64,000 nucleotides of DNA, from NCBI GenBank assembly GCA_045601345.1, contig JAZRZL010000075.1, forward strand, positions 11,040 to 75,039, read 5' to 3'. Of the stretch, positions 27,955 through 36,273 are shown piece after piece. The position numbers and the translations under genes were made by a program. Below the pieces are notes generated by a model. It saw nothing but the letters and a program-made list of their open reading frames with translations. It was not told where the DNA came from and searched no databases. The first letter of the stretch is position 1. Every line of letters begins with the position of its first letter. The DNA comes from Faecousia sp. GTDB taxonomy: Bacteria; Bacillota; Clostridia; Oscillospirales; Oscillospiraceae.

Positions 27955-28657
27955 ACCGTTCCCCTCCCCTCGCGGTAAAGCCCATTGCCGCATCACTGGA
28001 AAGATACGTCTGCTTCGAGCCAAAAAATACAGATTTGCCAATATGCAGAATATGACTGGCATAGCGCCGTGCAGCTTCCAAATCATGGGAAATCATGATA
28101 ATTGTGATCCCCTCCTGATTGAGCTGGGAAATCAACTGGTACATTTCCGCTGTGACCTTGGGATCCAGCCCCGATACCGGCTCATCGAGCAGCAGAACCC
28201 GCTTCGTAGCGCACAAGGCTCTTGCCAGAAGTACCCGCTGCTGCTGGCCGCCGGAAAGCTCCCGATAGCAGCGCTGCCGGAGATGGGTAATCCCCATGCG
28301 CTCCATATTCTCCCGGGCAAGCTGCTTATCTTCTTTGGAATAGAAAGGACGCAGGCCGCATCTACCCTGACAGCCAGACAGAACAATCTCCCAAACCGTA
28401 GCCGGAAAATCCCGCTGCACCACAGTCTGCTGGGGCAGATAGCCGATTTCATTCCGGCGCAGGCCATCGTCGGTTTGAATGGTGCCGGAAATGGGCATCT
28501 GGAGGCCAAGAAGTGTTTTCATGAGTGTGGATTTGCCGGAGCCATTTTCACCCACAATGCAAAGGTAATCCCCCTGATGGACTTCAAACGTCAAATCATG
28601 GAGTATTTCCCTGCCGTCATAGCCCAAGCAAAGATTTTGACAGCTAAGCTGCGACAT
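27944..28657 (-). CDS. znuC: metal (zinc) ABC transporter ATP-binding protein
   Basis: Walker A GENGSGKST, signature LSGGQQQRV, Walker B LLLDEP. Confidence 0.85.
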   Translation of the reverse strand: MSQLSCQNLCLGYDGREILHDLTFEVHQGDYLCIVGENGSGKSTLMKTLLGLQMPISGTIQTDDGLRRNEIGYLPQQTVVQRDFPATVWEIVLSGCQGRCGLRPFYSKEDKQLARENMERMGITHLRQRCYRELSGGQQQRVLLARALCATKRVLLLDEPVSGLDPKVTAEMYQLISQLNQEGITIIMISHDLEAARRYASHILHIGKSVFFGSKQTYLSSDAAMGFTARGGERYDG

Positions 28658-28669
28658 ATCGCTTCCTCC

Positions 28670-29650
28670 TTATGCCAGCGCCGCCTTCAGCGCTTCAAGA
28701 TTCTTCTCCATAATGGAGAGGTAGGTCACACCATTCTTAACATCCTGAGCGGTCGTAGACTGCATGGAGTCCATCGTCTGTATCTGTGCGGACTGAGACT
28801 GGGTTGATGCAATGATTGTCTCGGCAATGCGCTTGTCAGAGCCTTCAAGCGTCATGACCGTGTGCAGACCCAGCTCATCCACCTTGCTGCTGAGGAAGCT
28901 GATGGTCTCAAAGCTGGCTTCACTTTCCGCAGAGCAGCCCACAAAGGCAGCGTAATAATCAAGACCGTAATCGTCTACAAGATAACGGAACGGAAAACGG
29001 TCACCAAAAAGAACCGTTTTGACCGCTGCAGCATCTACTACTGATTGATAGCGAGCATCAAGTGCGTTGATTTTCTCCATATACGCAGAAGCATTTGCAG
29101 TATAAATATCCGCGCTTTCTGCATCAACCTCTGCAAGGGCATCACGGATAGCCCCAACAAGAATGGCAGCATTTTTCAGAGAGAGCCAAATGTGTTCATC
29201 GTATTCGACTTCTTCGTGTTCATGCTCCTCTTCGTGTTCATGCTCTTCGGCTTCCATACCTTCCTTGATTTCTTCCTCCTTGACAGCATCACCGAGAACA
29301 TTGAGAAGATCAATCACAACCATATCCTTGTTGGTTGCCTCCTTCAGCGCATCCTCCACCCATTCATCGGATTCACCGCCGACATAGATAAAGAGGTCAC
29401 AGGTGGAAATACGGATGATATCGTCCGCTGTAGGCTGGTAGCTGTGCAGATCCACGCCGTTATCAAGCAGCATATCCACATCCGCATTGGCAGCCCGATC
29501 GCCCAAAAGCTGCATCACCCAATCATAGACCGGAAAAATGGTGGTAACAATGGAGAGCTTGCCGCTATCTGCGGAGTTGATCTTTCCGCAGCCGGAGAAT
29601 AGGCTCAAAACGAGAAGGAACGCCAGAAATAGGGAAATAAGTTTTTTCAT
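28670..29650 (-). CDS. znuA: zinc ABC transporter substrate-binding lipoprotein (ZnuA/AdcA-like)
   Basis: Lipobox LFSGC. His/Glu-rich loop EEHEHEEEHEHEEVEYDEH is characteristic of zinc-specific cluster-9 binding proteins. Confidence 0.85.
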   Translation of the reverse strand: MKKLISLFLAFLLVLSLFSGCGKINSADSGKLSIVTTIFPVYDWVMQLLGDRAANADVDMLLDNGVDLHSYQPTADDIIRISTCDLFIYVGGESDEWVEDALKEATNKDMVVIDLLNVLGDAVKEEEIKEGMEAEEHEHEEEHEHEEVEYDEHIWLSLKNAAILVGAIRDALAEVDAESADIYTANASAYMEKINALDARYQSVVDAAAVKTVLFGDRFPFRYLVDDYGLDYYAAFVGCSAESEASFETISFLSSKVDELGLHTVMTLEGSDKRIAETIIASTQSQSAQIQTMDSMQSTTAQDVKNGVTYLSIMEKNLEALKAALA

Positions 29651-29698
29651 ATGTATAAGACCTCCAAAAAATAAGCAAAATTCGAAATCCTCTGCTAT

Positions 29699-29956
29699 TT
29701 AATTGGAGAGCTTCACCTTCAATCTGACCGGTGTAGCACCGGGGGATTGGAGCAGCCGGTATTTTTTCAATCCCGTAAAGCCCCCAAAAACACCAATCAA
29801 AAGAATGACCGTACACGTGCTGCGCAGTGCATTTCGGCAAAGCCTTATAATCGCACATACCGGGCAGCCATCACCGATACAATCATGAAGTGGTTCTGCA
29901 ACCATGGATAAAAAAATCACTGCCACAAGCAACACAATCAGGATTCGCTTCCTCAT
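29699..29956 (-). CDS. small membrane protein with HDCIGDGCPVC motif (unknown function)
   Basis: ATG at 29956, 7 nt after GGAGG, overlapping the zur stop. Two predicted TM helices flank a Cys/His motif. Located between zur and znuA. Confidence 0.5.
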   Translation of the reverse strand: MRKRILIVLLVAVIFLSMVAEPLHDCIGDGCPVCAIIRLCRNALRSTCTVILLIGVFGGFTGLKKYRLLQSPGATPVRLKVKLSN

Positions 29957-30339
29957 ACAGCATCCTCCTGACATTCGCCGCAGATTCCATAGAGCACGGT
30001 GTTGGCAGGATCCACGGCAAAACGCTGGGCAGATACAATGCTCTGCAACAGCTCAACTGCGCTTTCGCCCTCGACAGGATAGATTCTGCCGCACCTCTCG
30101 CAGGACAGGTGCAGCCGATGATCTCCCTGCGCAAGCTGGAAGAAAACCTCTCTGCTTCCCGCTTTCGCGGAGCGCCTGACAAGTCCCTGTTCCTCAAGCA
30201 GCGCTAAATTGCGGTAGACAGCACTGGCGCTGATATCTTCCAGTTCGCCGGTAATCTGCTTTGCAGAAAACGCTTCATTCGGTTGCGCAGAGAAAAAATC
30301 CAGCAAGCGTCTGCGCTGCTTTGTCTGATAATTCGGCAC
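29953..30339 (-). CDS. zur: Fur-family repressor, probable Zur
   Basis: wHTH plus HLSCERCG and CGEC metal-site motifs. Start set to the GTG at 30339 (RBS GGAGGTG), because the ORF-track start (TTG at 30405) is the -35 hexamer of its own promoter. Zur assignment follows from the operon context. Confidence 0.7.
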   Translation of the reverse strand: MPNYQTKQRRRLLDFFSAQPNEAFSAKQITGELEDISASAVYRNLALLEEQGLVRRSAKAGSREVFFQLAQGDHRLHLSCERCGRIYPVEGESAVELLQSIVSAQRFAVDPANTVLYGICGECQEDAV

Positions 30340-30352
30340 CTGCCTCACCTCC

Positions 30353-30375
30353 AATTTGCGAACTTTTCGCAAATT
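30353..30375. promoter_or_regulatory. Zur/Fur-type operator: perfect 10-3-10 palindrome AATTTGCGAA-ctt-TTCGCAAATT
   Basis: Seen directly in the sequence. It lies immediately downstream of the -10 hexamer of the zur operon promoter. Confidence 0.7.
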
Positions 30376-30376
30376 T

Positions 30377-30405
30377 AGTATAGCAGGATTATTTAAAAAA
30401 GTCAA
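30377..30405 (-). promoter_or_regulatory. promoter of the zur-znu operon
   Basis: Minus strand: TTGACT (30400-30405), 17 nt, TATACT (30377-30382). Confidence 0.6.
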
Positions 30406-30424
30406 CTACAGTTCTTTTTTGATG

Positions 30425-30664
30425 CACAGTAATTGAACGAGTTAAGAAAATGTGAACATTGGGCTAGACGGAAGAGGTCATTGGATGCACTGCTAAAACA
30501 GAAAATCTTCCTAACATAGAAAGCGCCCCGTCTTAGGAGGCCAACCTCATCCGCCGTCTGCGGGCGGCACCTTCCACAGCGGGGAAGGCATGGGCTGCTA
30601 ACTTAACGCCATGGAGAACCGTCTCCTTGTTACTCATATTTTCTTAACTTGTTCAATTACCGTG
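30425..30664 (-). mobile_element. MITE-like repeat copy R3 (outer TIR at both ends, core in reverse orientation)
   Basis: Left end CACAGTAATTGAACGAGTTAAGAAAATGTGAACATTGGG. Right end is the reverse complement of CACGGTAATTGAACAAGTTAAGAAAATATGAG. The core contains ACCTCATCCGCCGTCTGCGGGCGGCACCTTCC. Confidence 0.8.
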
Positions 30665-30677
30665 GGCGGAATCGCGG

Positions 30678-30706
30678 TTGACTTCGGATATTTGCTGATA
30701 TATAAT
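30678..30706 (+). promoter_or_regulatory. near-consensus promoter of the polysaccharide cassette
   Basis: TTGACT, 17 nt, TATAAT, beginning 13 bp after the R3 right end. Confidence 0.55.
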
Positions 30707-30751
30707 ACAAGATGTCGAAATATCGTCCTCCCTGGAAGGAATCCGATTTTC

Positions 30752-32203
30752 ATGAAATCTTTGGCCAAAAATTCGATTTTTAATACTTTATGCCAGTTGA
30801 CCAACACGCTGCTACCGTTTATTACCTCCATGTATGTCTCCCGGGTGCTGCTGAGCGATGGTATAGGGCTGGTGGCTTACGGTAAAAATATTGCCTCCTA
30901 TTTTGTCATGCTGGCACCGCTGGGGCTTCCTCTGTACGGCGTGCGCGAAATTGCTCGGATTCGGGAAAATCAGATGATGACCAACCAGCTCTTTACGGAG
31001 CTTTTTATCATCAATCTGCTTTCCACGGTGCTTTCCTCTACCATTTTTCTGTGCCTTTTGTATGCCGTGCCCAGCTTTCGGGCGGATATTTTCCTGTTCC
31101 TCAGTTGGGGAATGCAGGTATTTATGAATGTGTTCAACATTGATTGGGTGTATCAGGGGCAGGAGGATTATGTCAGTTTGGCTTGGCGCAATATCGTGAT
31201 CCGCATTGCGTGTTTTATTGCAGTTTTGTGCTTTGTCAAGGAGCGTTCGGACTATATTACTTATGCGTTTATCTCCTGTGCCGGAATTTGCCTGAATTAT
31301 CTTGTCAACTTTACCGGCGTATGGACGTATGCCCGCTTTGATTTCCGGGGGCTGAACCTGCGGCGGCATATAAAGCCCTTGCTCATGCTGGCGTGTATTC
31401 TCTTTTTCTATACCGCCTACAACCGCACGGACATCACCATGCTGGGTATGTTCTCCACCGAAGCACAGACCGGCATTTATTACAATGCCCACCGGATCAT
31501 TGAGATCATTGTCAATGTCTGCCTTGCTGTCACCACAGCGTTTCTTCCCAGTATGGCGTACTGCTACCAGACGGATCGGGAGCATTTTTTTGAGCTTCTG
31601 GAGCTGGGCACGAAAATCATCTGCTTTATCTCCATTCCCATGGCGGCGGGGGTCTTTGTGCTGGCACCCTATGCACTGGATGTGATCTATGGTGCGGAGT
31701 TTCTGCCCGGTGGCGCGGTCATTCGTGTATTCACGGGGCTGATTTTGCTCAAAGCTTTTGGAACTCTCATGTGCTATCAGCCCATTATGGCTACTGGCAA
31801 TGAAAAAAAGCTCCTGCCCGCCTATGTGCTGGCGGCGCTTGTCAATATCACGTTCAATGCCCTTCTGATTCCCGTCCTCCATGCGGTGGGTGCGGCAGTT
31901 GCCTCGGTCATCAGTGAACTGGCGGTATTTTGTGTGCAGTATTTCTCCATGCGCAAGGTGCTGCGCTATCCGAGGATGGCGAAGCCGCTGGCCACGGCGG
32001 TATTCTCGGCGGCGTTGATGGCGCTTGCCATGTGGCTGGTGATCCGGCGGCTCAGCGATGCGCTGCTGATCTGCATCGTTGGCTTTGTGGCAGGTGTGGC
32101 GGTTTACCTTGGCGTGAATTTACTGCTCAAAACAGACCTCCTCTATGAATGGCTGGGGGCGCTTCGGAAGCTCCTTACAGCAAGAAAGGAAAGGAATTCC
32201 TAA
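30752..32203 (+). CDS. polysaccharide flippase (Wzx / MOP superfamily)
   Basis: Start trimmed to the ATG at 30752 (MKSLAKNSIFNTLCQL...). The upstream 47 codons of the ORF are repeat and promoter DNA. About 12 or more TM helices, typical of oligosaccharide flippases. Confidence 0.75.
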   Translation: MKSLAKNSIFNTLCQLTNTLLPFITSMYVSRVLLSDGIGLVAYGKNIASYFVMLAPLGLPLYGVREIARIRENQMMTNQLFTELFIINLLSTVLSSTIFLCLLYAVPSFRADIFLFLSWGMQVFMNVFNIDWVYQGQEDYVSLAWRNIVIRIACFIAVLCFVKERSDYITYAFISCAGICLNYLVNFTGVWTYARFDFRGLNLRRHIKPLLMLACILFFYTAYNRTDITMLGMFSTEAQTGIYYNAHRIIEIIVNVCLAVTTAFLPSMAYCYQTDREHFFELLELGTKIICFISIPMAAGVFVLAPYALDVIYGAEFLPGGAVIRVFTGLILLKAFGTLMCYQPIMATGNEKKLLPAYVLAALVNITFNALLIPVLHAVGAAVASVISELAVFCVQYFSMRKVLRYPRMAKPLATAVFSAALMALAMWLVIRRLSDALLICIVGFVAGVAVYLGVNLLLKTDLLYEWLGALRKLLTARKERNS

Positions 32204-32659
32204 ATGAAGCTTTGTCTTGCAGCCTCTACCGGCGGACATTATGAGCAGCTGATGATGCTCCGTCCGCTTTCGGAGAAGCATTCGTGTTTTGTCCTTACTG
32301 AGCGCACGAGCTATGCTTTGACGGATCAAAAATTAAAAACCTATTATGTCACCCAGATGAACCGCAAGGAATGGACGGTCGCCTTCAAGCTGGTGGGTGC
32401 TGCATTTAAATCCCTGTATATTATCCTCCGGGAGCGCCCCGATGCCATCATCTGCACGGGTGTGCTGGCAATGGTGCCGATGTGTCTTCTTATGAAGCTT
32501 TTCGGAAAAAAGCTCATCTATATTGAATCCTTTGCCAAAACCGATTCCCCCACGCTGACGGGCAAGCTTCTCTGCAAGTATGCCGACCAGTTCTATGTCC
32601 AGTGGGAGAGTATGCTTGCGGTCTATCCCAACGCTATCTATGTTGGCGGCATTTACTAG
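32204..32659 (+). CDS. PssD/Cps14F-like (Alg14-like) glycosyltransferase membrane subunit
   Basis: N-terminal CLAASTGGHYEQL motif. About 150 aa. ATG directly follows the preceding TAA. Confidence 0.7.
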   Translation: MKLCLAASTGGHYEQLMMLRPLSEKHSCFVLTERTSYALTDQKLKTYYVTQMNRKEWTVAFKLVGAAFKSLYIILRERPDAIICTGVLAMVPMCLLMKLFGKKLIYIESFAKTDSPTLTGKLLCKYADQFYVQWESMLAVYPNAIYVGGIY

Positions 32660-32668
32660 GAGGCAGCC

Positions 32669-33160
32669 ATGATTTTTGTGACCCTTGGCTCTCAGAAATT
32701 CCAGTTTAACCGCCTTCTGAAGGAGCTGGATCGTCTGATTGAGCAGAATATCATTTGTGAGCCGGTGTTTGCGCAGGTAGGCAGCAGCGACTATACTCCT
32801 CGGCACTATGAATACAAGCGATTCCTTGACCAAGACGAATTTGCTTTGCAGCAGTCCCGCGCCGATATTATCATCACCCACGGCGGCACCGGTGCCATCA
32901 TCGGTGGCGTGAAAAAGGGGAAAAAGGTCATTGCTGTGCCCAGAAGCGCAAAATATGGCGAGCACGTAGATGACCACCAGCTCCAGATCATTTCACAGTT
33001 CGGCACGATGGACATTATGGAGCCGTGCTTTGATGTTGCCGAATTGGGTAAGGCTTATCTGGCGGCGAAGGAGAAAACCTATACGCCCTACCAATCCAAT
33101 ACACAGAACATTCTGGATCGTATTGAAGCCTATCTGCAAGATGCAGAAAAACACAGATAG
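32669..33160 (+). CDS. PssE/Cps14G-like (Alg13-like) glycosyltransferase catalytic subunit
   Basis: MIFVTLGSQKFQFNRL... and IITHGGTGAIIGG motifs. Paired with the Alg14-like gene. Confidence 0.7.
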   Translation: MIFVTLGSQKFQFNRLLKELDRLIEQNIICEPVFAQVGSSDYTPRHYEYKRFLDQDEFALQQSRADIIITHGGTGAIIGGVKKGKKVIAVPRSAKYGEHVDDHQLQIISQFGTMDIMEPCFDVAELGKAYLAAKEKTYTPYQSNTQNILDRIEAYLQDAEKHR

Positions 33161-33166
33161 GGGTGC

Positions 33167-34237
33167 ATGACGGTGAAGCTGCTGGTCGTTTCCAATTTAT
33201 ATCCCAATGAAGCACATCCGGCCTACGGCACCTTTGTAGCACGGTTCTGTGAGCAGCTTGACACGCTGGAGATAGACTACGACAAGGTTGTCATGTACCA
33301 GTCGAATGGCAAACTGAAGAAAGCTTGGGGCTATGTCCGCTTTTACATTGCCTCCTTTTTTGCTTGCCTGTCCCGGAAGTATGATACGGTCTATGTCCAC
33401 TTTGCTTCCCACAGCGCCCCCGGGGTGCTGCTGGCGGGAAAGTTCCGCAAATTCCGGCTAATTACCAATACCCACGGCAGCGATGTAGACCCCCAAACCC
33501 CCACGCAGGAGAAATTCCAAATTTTTACCAGAAAGCTGATTGCCCGAAGTGATTCCGTGGTGGTTCCCTCGCCCTATTTTCAAAGCCATGTTGCGGAAAA
33601 ATATGCCTATCCGGCGGAGCACATTTTTGTGTATCCCTCTGGCGGGGTTGCCAGCTTTTTTTCCCGTGAGCCAGGAGAAAAGAAAGGCAATTGCCTGAAG
33701 GGAACTGCCTTCCGGGTGGGTTTTGTGGGAAGGCTGGAAAAGAATAAGGGCTGGGATACCTTTGTAGAGGCTGCGGCTCTTTTGAAAGACGAATTTCCAA
33801 ATTTCCAGTTTATTATGGTCGGTACTGGCACAGGAGAAAAAGCACTGGAGGCGATGTGCGCAGAACGGAAGCTTGACCTGATTCGTTATCCACTGCTGAA
33901 TCAAAAAAGCCTTGCAGAGCTGTTTTCCTGTCTGGATGTCTTTGCCTTCCCTACAAGGGGAGAGAGTCTGGGGCTGGTTGGGCTGGAGGCTATGGCCAGT
34001 GGCGTGGCTGTGATTGCCAGTGACTGCGCTGCACCGAAGTATTATATTTCTCATGGCTATAATGGCCTGAAATTTCCTCCCGGCGATGCAAAAGCGCTTG
34101 CGGAGGCCATTAAAACCTATTACCTTTTGCCGGAGGAAAAGAAAAAAGAAATGCTGGCACAGGGTTACCAGACTGCGCTGGCATATGCGCCGGATAAAAT
34201 ACGGAGCACACTGGAAACGATTCTGAAGGAGAGCTGA
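33167..34237 (+). CDS. GT4 family glycosyltransferase
   Basis: C-terminal GESLGLVGLEAMASGVAVIASD (the E-x7-E region typical of GT4). Confidence 0.75.
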   Translation: MTVKLLVVSNLYPNEAHPAYGTFVARFCEQLDTLEIDYDKVVMYQSNGKLKKAWGYVRFYIASFFACLSRKYDTVYVHFASHSAPGVLLAGKFRKFRLITNTHGSDVDPQTPTQEKFQIFTRKLIARSDSVVVPSPYFQSHVAEKYAYPAEHIFVYPSGGVASFFSREPGEKKGNCLKGTAFRVGFVGRLEKNKGWDTFVEAAALLKDEFPNFQFIMVGTGTGEKALEAMCAERKLDLIRYPLLNQKSLAELFSCLDVFAFPTRGESLGLVGLEAMASGVAVIASDCAAPKYYISHGYNGLKFPPGDAKALAEAIKTYYLLPEEKKKEMLAQGYQTALAYAPDKIRSTLETILKES

Positions 34238-34243
34238 GAGACG

Positions 34244-35230
34244 ATGGTACAACCCCTGATTTCGGTAATTATCCCCGTATACAATGTCGAACCGTATCTT
34301 GAAAAATGCCTGAAATCCATTTTGGCGCAGACCTACCCCAATTTTGAGGTTTTGGCAGTCAATGACGGTTCTACCGATGGCTGTGCCGCCATTCTGGAGG
34401 CCTTTGCCACGAAGGATCGCCGTCTGCACGTCTTCACGCAGGAAAACAGCGGCGTCTCTGCTGCCAGAAATTTGGGGCTGGATCGTGCCGCGGGAGAGTA
34501 TATCGCGTTCCTGGATTCCGATGACTGGGTTGAACCGAAATTCCTGCAAACCCTCTATACCTGTCTGACAAAGTATGAGGCAGATATCTCGATTTGCAAC
34601 ATCCACTATATCTATGCCGATGGCTCTTTTGGAAAGCGCACGCCGAAAATTCTTGAGGAGGCAGTCGTCGATACCCGGGAGGCTTATTCTGATCTTCTGC
34701 TGGAGGAAAAATTCCGCTCCCATGTCTATAATAAGCTCTATAAAGCAGAACTGTTTTCCGATCTGCGGTTCCCGGCCATGCCCGTCCACGAGGACTCCTA
34801 TATTATGTTCCCCCTGTTTTCCCGGGCGAAGCGGGTGGCGTATACGCCCTTCTACGGTTATTACTATTTGCAGCGCCGACCGAACAGTCTGCTCACTACC
34901 TGCTTCAATGAAAACCGCTTCTTGTTGTTTACGTCCATTGACCACGCCCTTCCTATAGCAAAGGCGTTGGGTCTGGAGACCGAGCATCGTGCCTTTACAT
35001 TTCACAACGTAGTCAGCCTGTGCAACCATCTGGTGAACTGCTATGCAAACCTCAGCCGCTCCCAGAAAAAGGACTATTGCAGCCGCGTCCGCAGTGCCCT
35101 GCGCACCTATGGATCACCTAAGGGCAATCCCTATATCTCCAAAGTGACCCGCTTCCGCCTTTTCCTGATTTCCCATTGCTTCCCGCTGTATGTTGTTGTC
35201 TATAAGCTCATAAAAAAGCTCGGAATATAA
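34244..35230 (+). CDS. GT2 family glycosyltransferase
   Basis: ISVIIPVYNVEPYLEKCL...NDGSTDG...DSDD motifs. Confidence 0.8.
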   Translation: MVQPLISVIIPVYNVEPYLEKCLKSILAQTYPNFEVLAVNDGSTDGCAAILEAFATKDRRLHVFTQENSGVSAARNLGLDRAAGEYIAFLDSDDWVEPKFLQTLYTCLTKYEADISICNIHYIYADGSFGKRTPKILEEAVVDTREAYSDLLLEEKFRSHVYNKLYKAELFSDLRFPAMPVHEDSYIMFPLFSRAKRVAYTPFYGYYYLQRRPNSLLTTCFNENRFLLFTSIDHALPIAKALGLETEHRAFTFHNVVSLCNHLVNCYANLSRSQKKDYCSRVRSALRTYGSPKGNPYISKVTRFRLFLISHCFPLYVVVYKLIKKLGI

Positions 35231-35254
35231 GGCCATATCGCATCTCTCAAAGAA

Positions 35255-35320
35255 ATGCTCCCTTCATGATGAACAGTGACTTTTATTTCACTGTCTTCAT
35301 AAAGGGAGCATATCATTTTC
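35255..35320 (+). terminator. long hairpin after the GT2 gene (probable terminator)
   Basis: ATGCTCCCTTCATGATGAACAGTGA / TCACTGTCTTCATAAAGGGAGCAT imperfect stem followed by ATCATTTTC. Confidence 0.4.
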
Positions 35321-35544
35321 TGGGTTGAGAGTTTTCTGCTGGTTGTCAGCCTTGGCTTTAGATGCCATTAAGGTGCGGCAGTTATCCTGCCCCGCATACA
35401 GCACGACTTTTACGGTGCTCTCTCACCGAAGTCATTACTACCTCGCTTTTCTTATATGTAATTCAGAGACAACGGTCGATCGAATTTTGCGAAAAAAATA
35501 GTGTGTGAATCGTGGCAGTGTATCAGATAACAATGGATATTCCC

Positions 35545-35836
35545 CCACATGATAATTGAATGTGTTAAGAAAAATATGAACATTGGGCAACGTTATGTCA
35601 ACTGCGTACAACCGGACAGTGGGCGGTTCTTAATGGCAGTAAATTAACAAGCCCTTGCCTTCCCCGCTGGGGAAGGTGCCGCCCGTAGGCGGCGGATGAG
35701 GTTGGCCTCCTAAGACGGAACACTTTCTATGTTAGGAAGATTTTCTGTTTTAGCAGTACATCCAATGACCTTGGCTCCTCCCGCCATTGGGGACAATTCG
35801 TTTGTTCATAATTTGTTTACGCATTCAATTACCGTG
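35545..35836 (+). mobile_element. MITE-like repeat copy R4 (full-length, outer TIR at both ends)
   Basis: CA(CAT)GATAATTGAATGTGTTAAGAAAAATATGAACATTGGG ... GTTCATAATTTGTTTACGCATTCAATTACCGTG. Flanked by GATATTCCC at 35536-35544 and 35837-35845. Confidence 0.8.
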
Positions 35837-35856
35837 GATATTCCCAAAATAGGGCT

Positions 35857-35884
35857 TGATTTTTTTACGGACAGCTGATATAAT
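35857..35884 (+). promoter_or_regulatory. promoter of tRNA-Val
   Basis: TTGATT, 16 nt ending in TGa, then TATAAT. The -10 ends 11 nt before the tRNA 5' end. Confidence 0.55.
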
Positions 35885-35895
35885 GACTTTGCTTT

Positions 35896-35972
35896 GGAGG
35901 ATTAGCTCAGCTGGTTAGAGCGCCTGCTTCACACGCAGGAGGTCACTGGTTCGAGTCCAGCATTCTCCACCA
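35896..35972 (+). tRNA. tRNA-Val (anticodon CAC), CCA encoded
   Basis: Manual cloverleaf: acceptor GGAGGAT/ATTCTCC, D arm GCTC-AGCTGGTTA-GAGC, anticodon stem CCTGC/GCAGG with loop TTCACAC, T arm with GGTTCGAGTCC, 3' ACCA. Confidence 0.9.
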
Positions 35973-35976
35973 TATG

Positions 35977-36006
35977 GCTGCCCCCAACCGGGGGCGGCTT
36001 TTTTTA
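35977..36006 (+). terminator. rho-independent terminator after tRNA-Val
   Basis: GCTGCCCCC-aacc-GGGGGCGGC followed by T8. Confidence 0.65.
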
Positions 36007-36166
36007 TTGGGGCGGTCTTTGCCATGCTGTTTTCAGCATCCTGCGGGTTCAATAGCCCTGAATTTATTTCACTATGCACCAAAGCAGGGGTTTTTCATGG
36101 CGAAAAAACGAGAAAAATTTGGCAATAATTCACAAAAAGTGGGGAATAAATAGAAATGTCCTCTGC

Positions 36167-36195
36167 TTGCTTTTCCGCCTGTTTGATGGTATGAT
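36167..36195 (+). promoter_or_regulatory. candidate glgP promoter
   Basis: TTGCTT, 17 nt ending in TGg, then TATGAT. Confidence 0.3.
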
Positions 36196-36273
36196 ATATT
36201 GCATATAATGGTAGGGATATGATCTGTCCCGCAAAAAGGGCAGCTTTCAGTCAAACCGAAGGGAGATTAGCTT

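Noticed and set aside
30340-30405. Longer Zur ORF starting at 30405
   Set aside because: The start at 30405 is a TTG that forms the -35 hexamer. The extension would also contain the -10 hexamer and the palindromic operator. The GTG at 30339 has a GGAGGTG RBS.
30611-30751. N-terminal 47-codon extension of the flippase ORF
   Set aside because: This stretch is made of the R3 right TIR plus the TTGACT-17-TATAAT promoter. The ATG at 30752 gives a normal flippase N-terminus.
33458-35029. 523-aa minus-strand ORF
   Set aside because: It is antisense to the GT4 and GT2 glycosyltransferase genes, which carry clear family motifs. It has no RBS or recognisable motifs.
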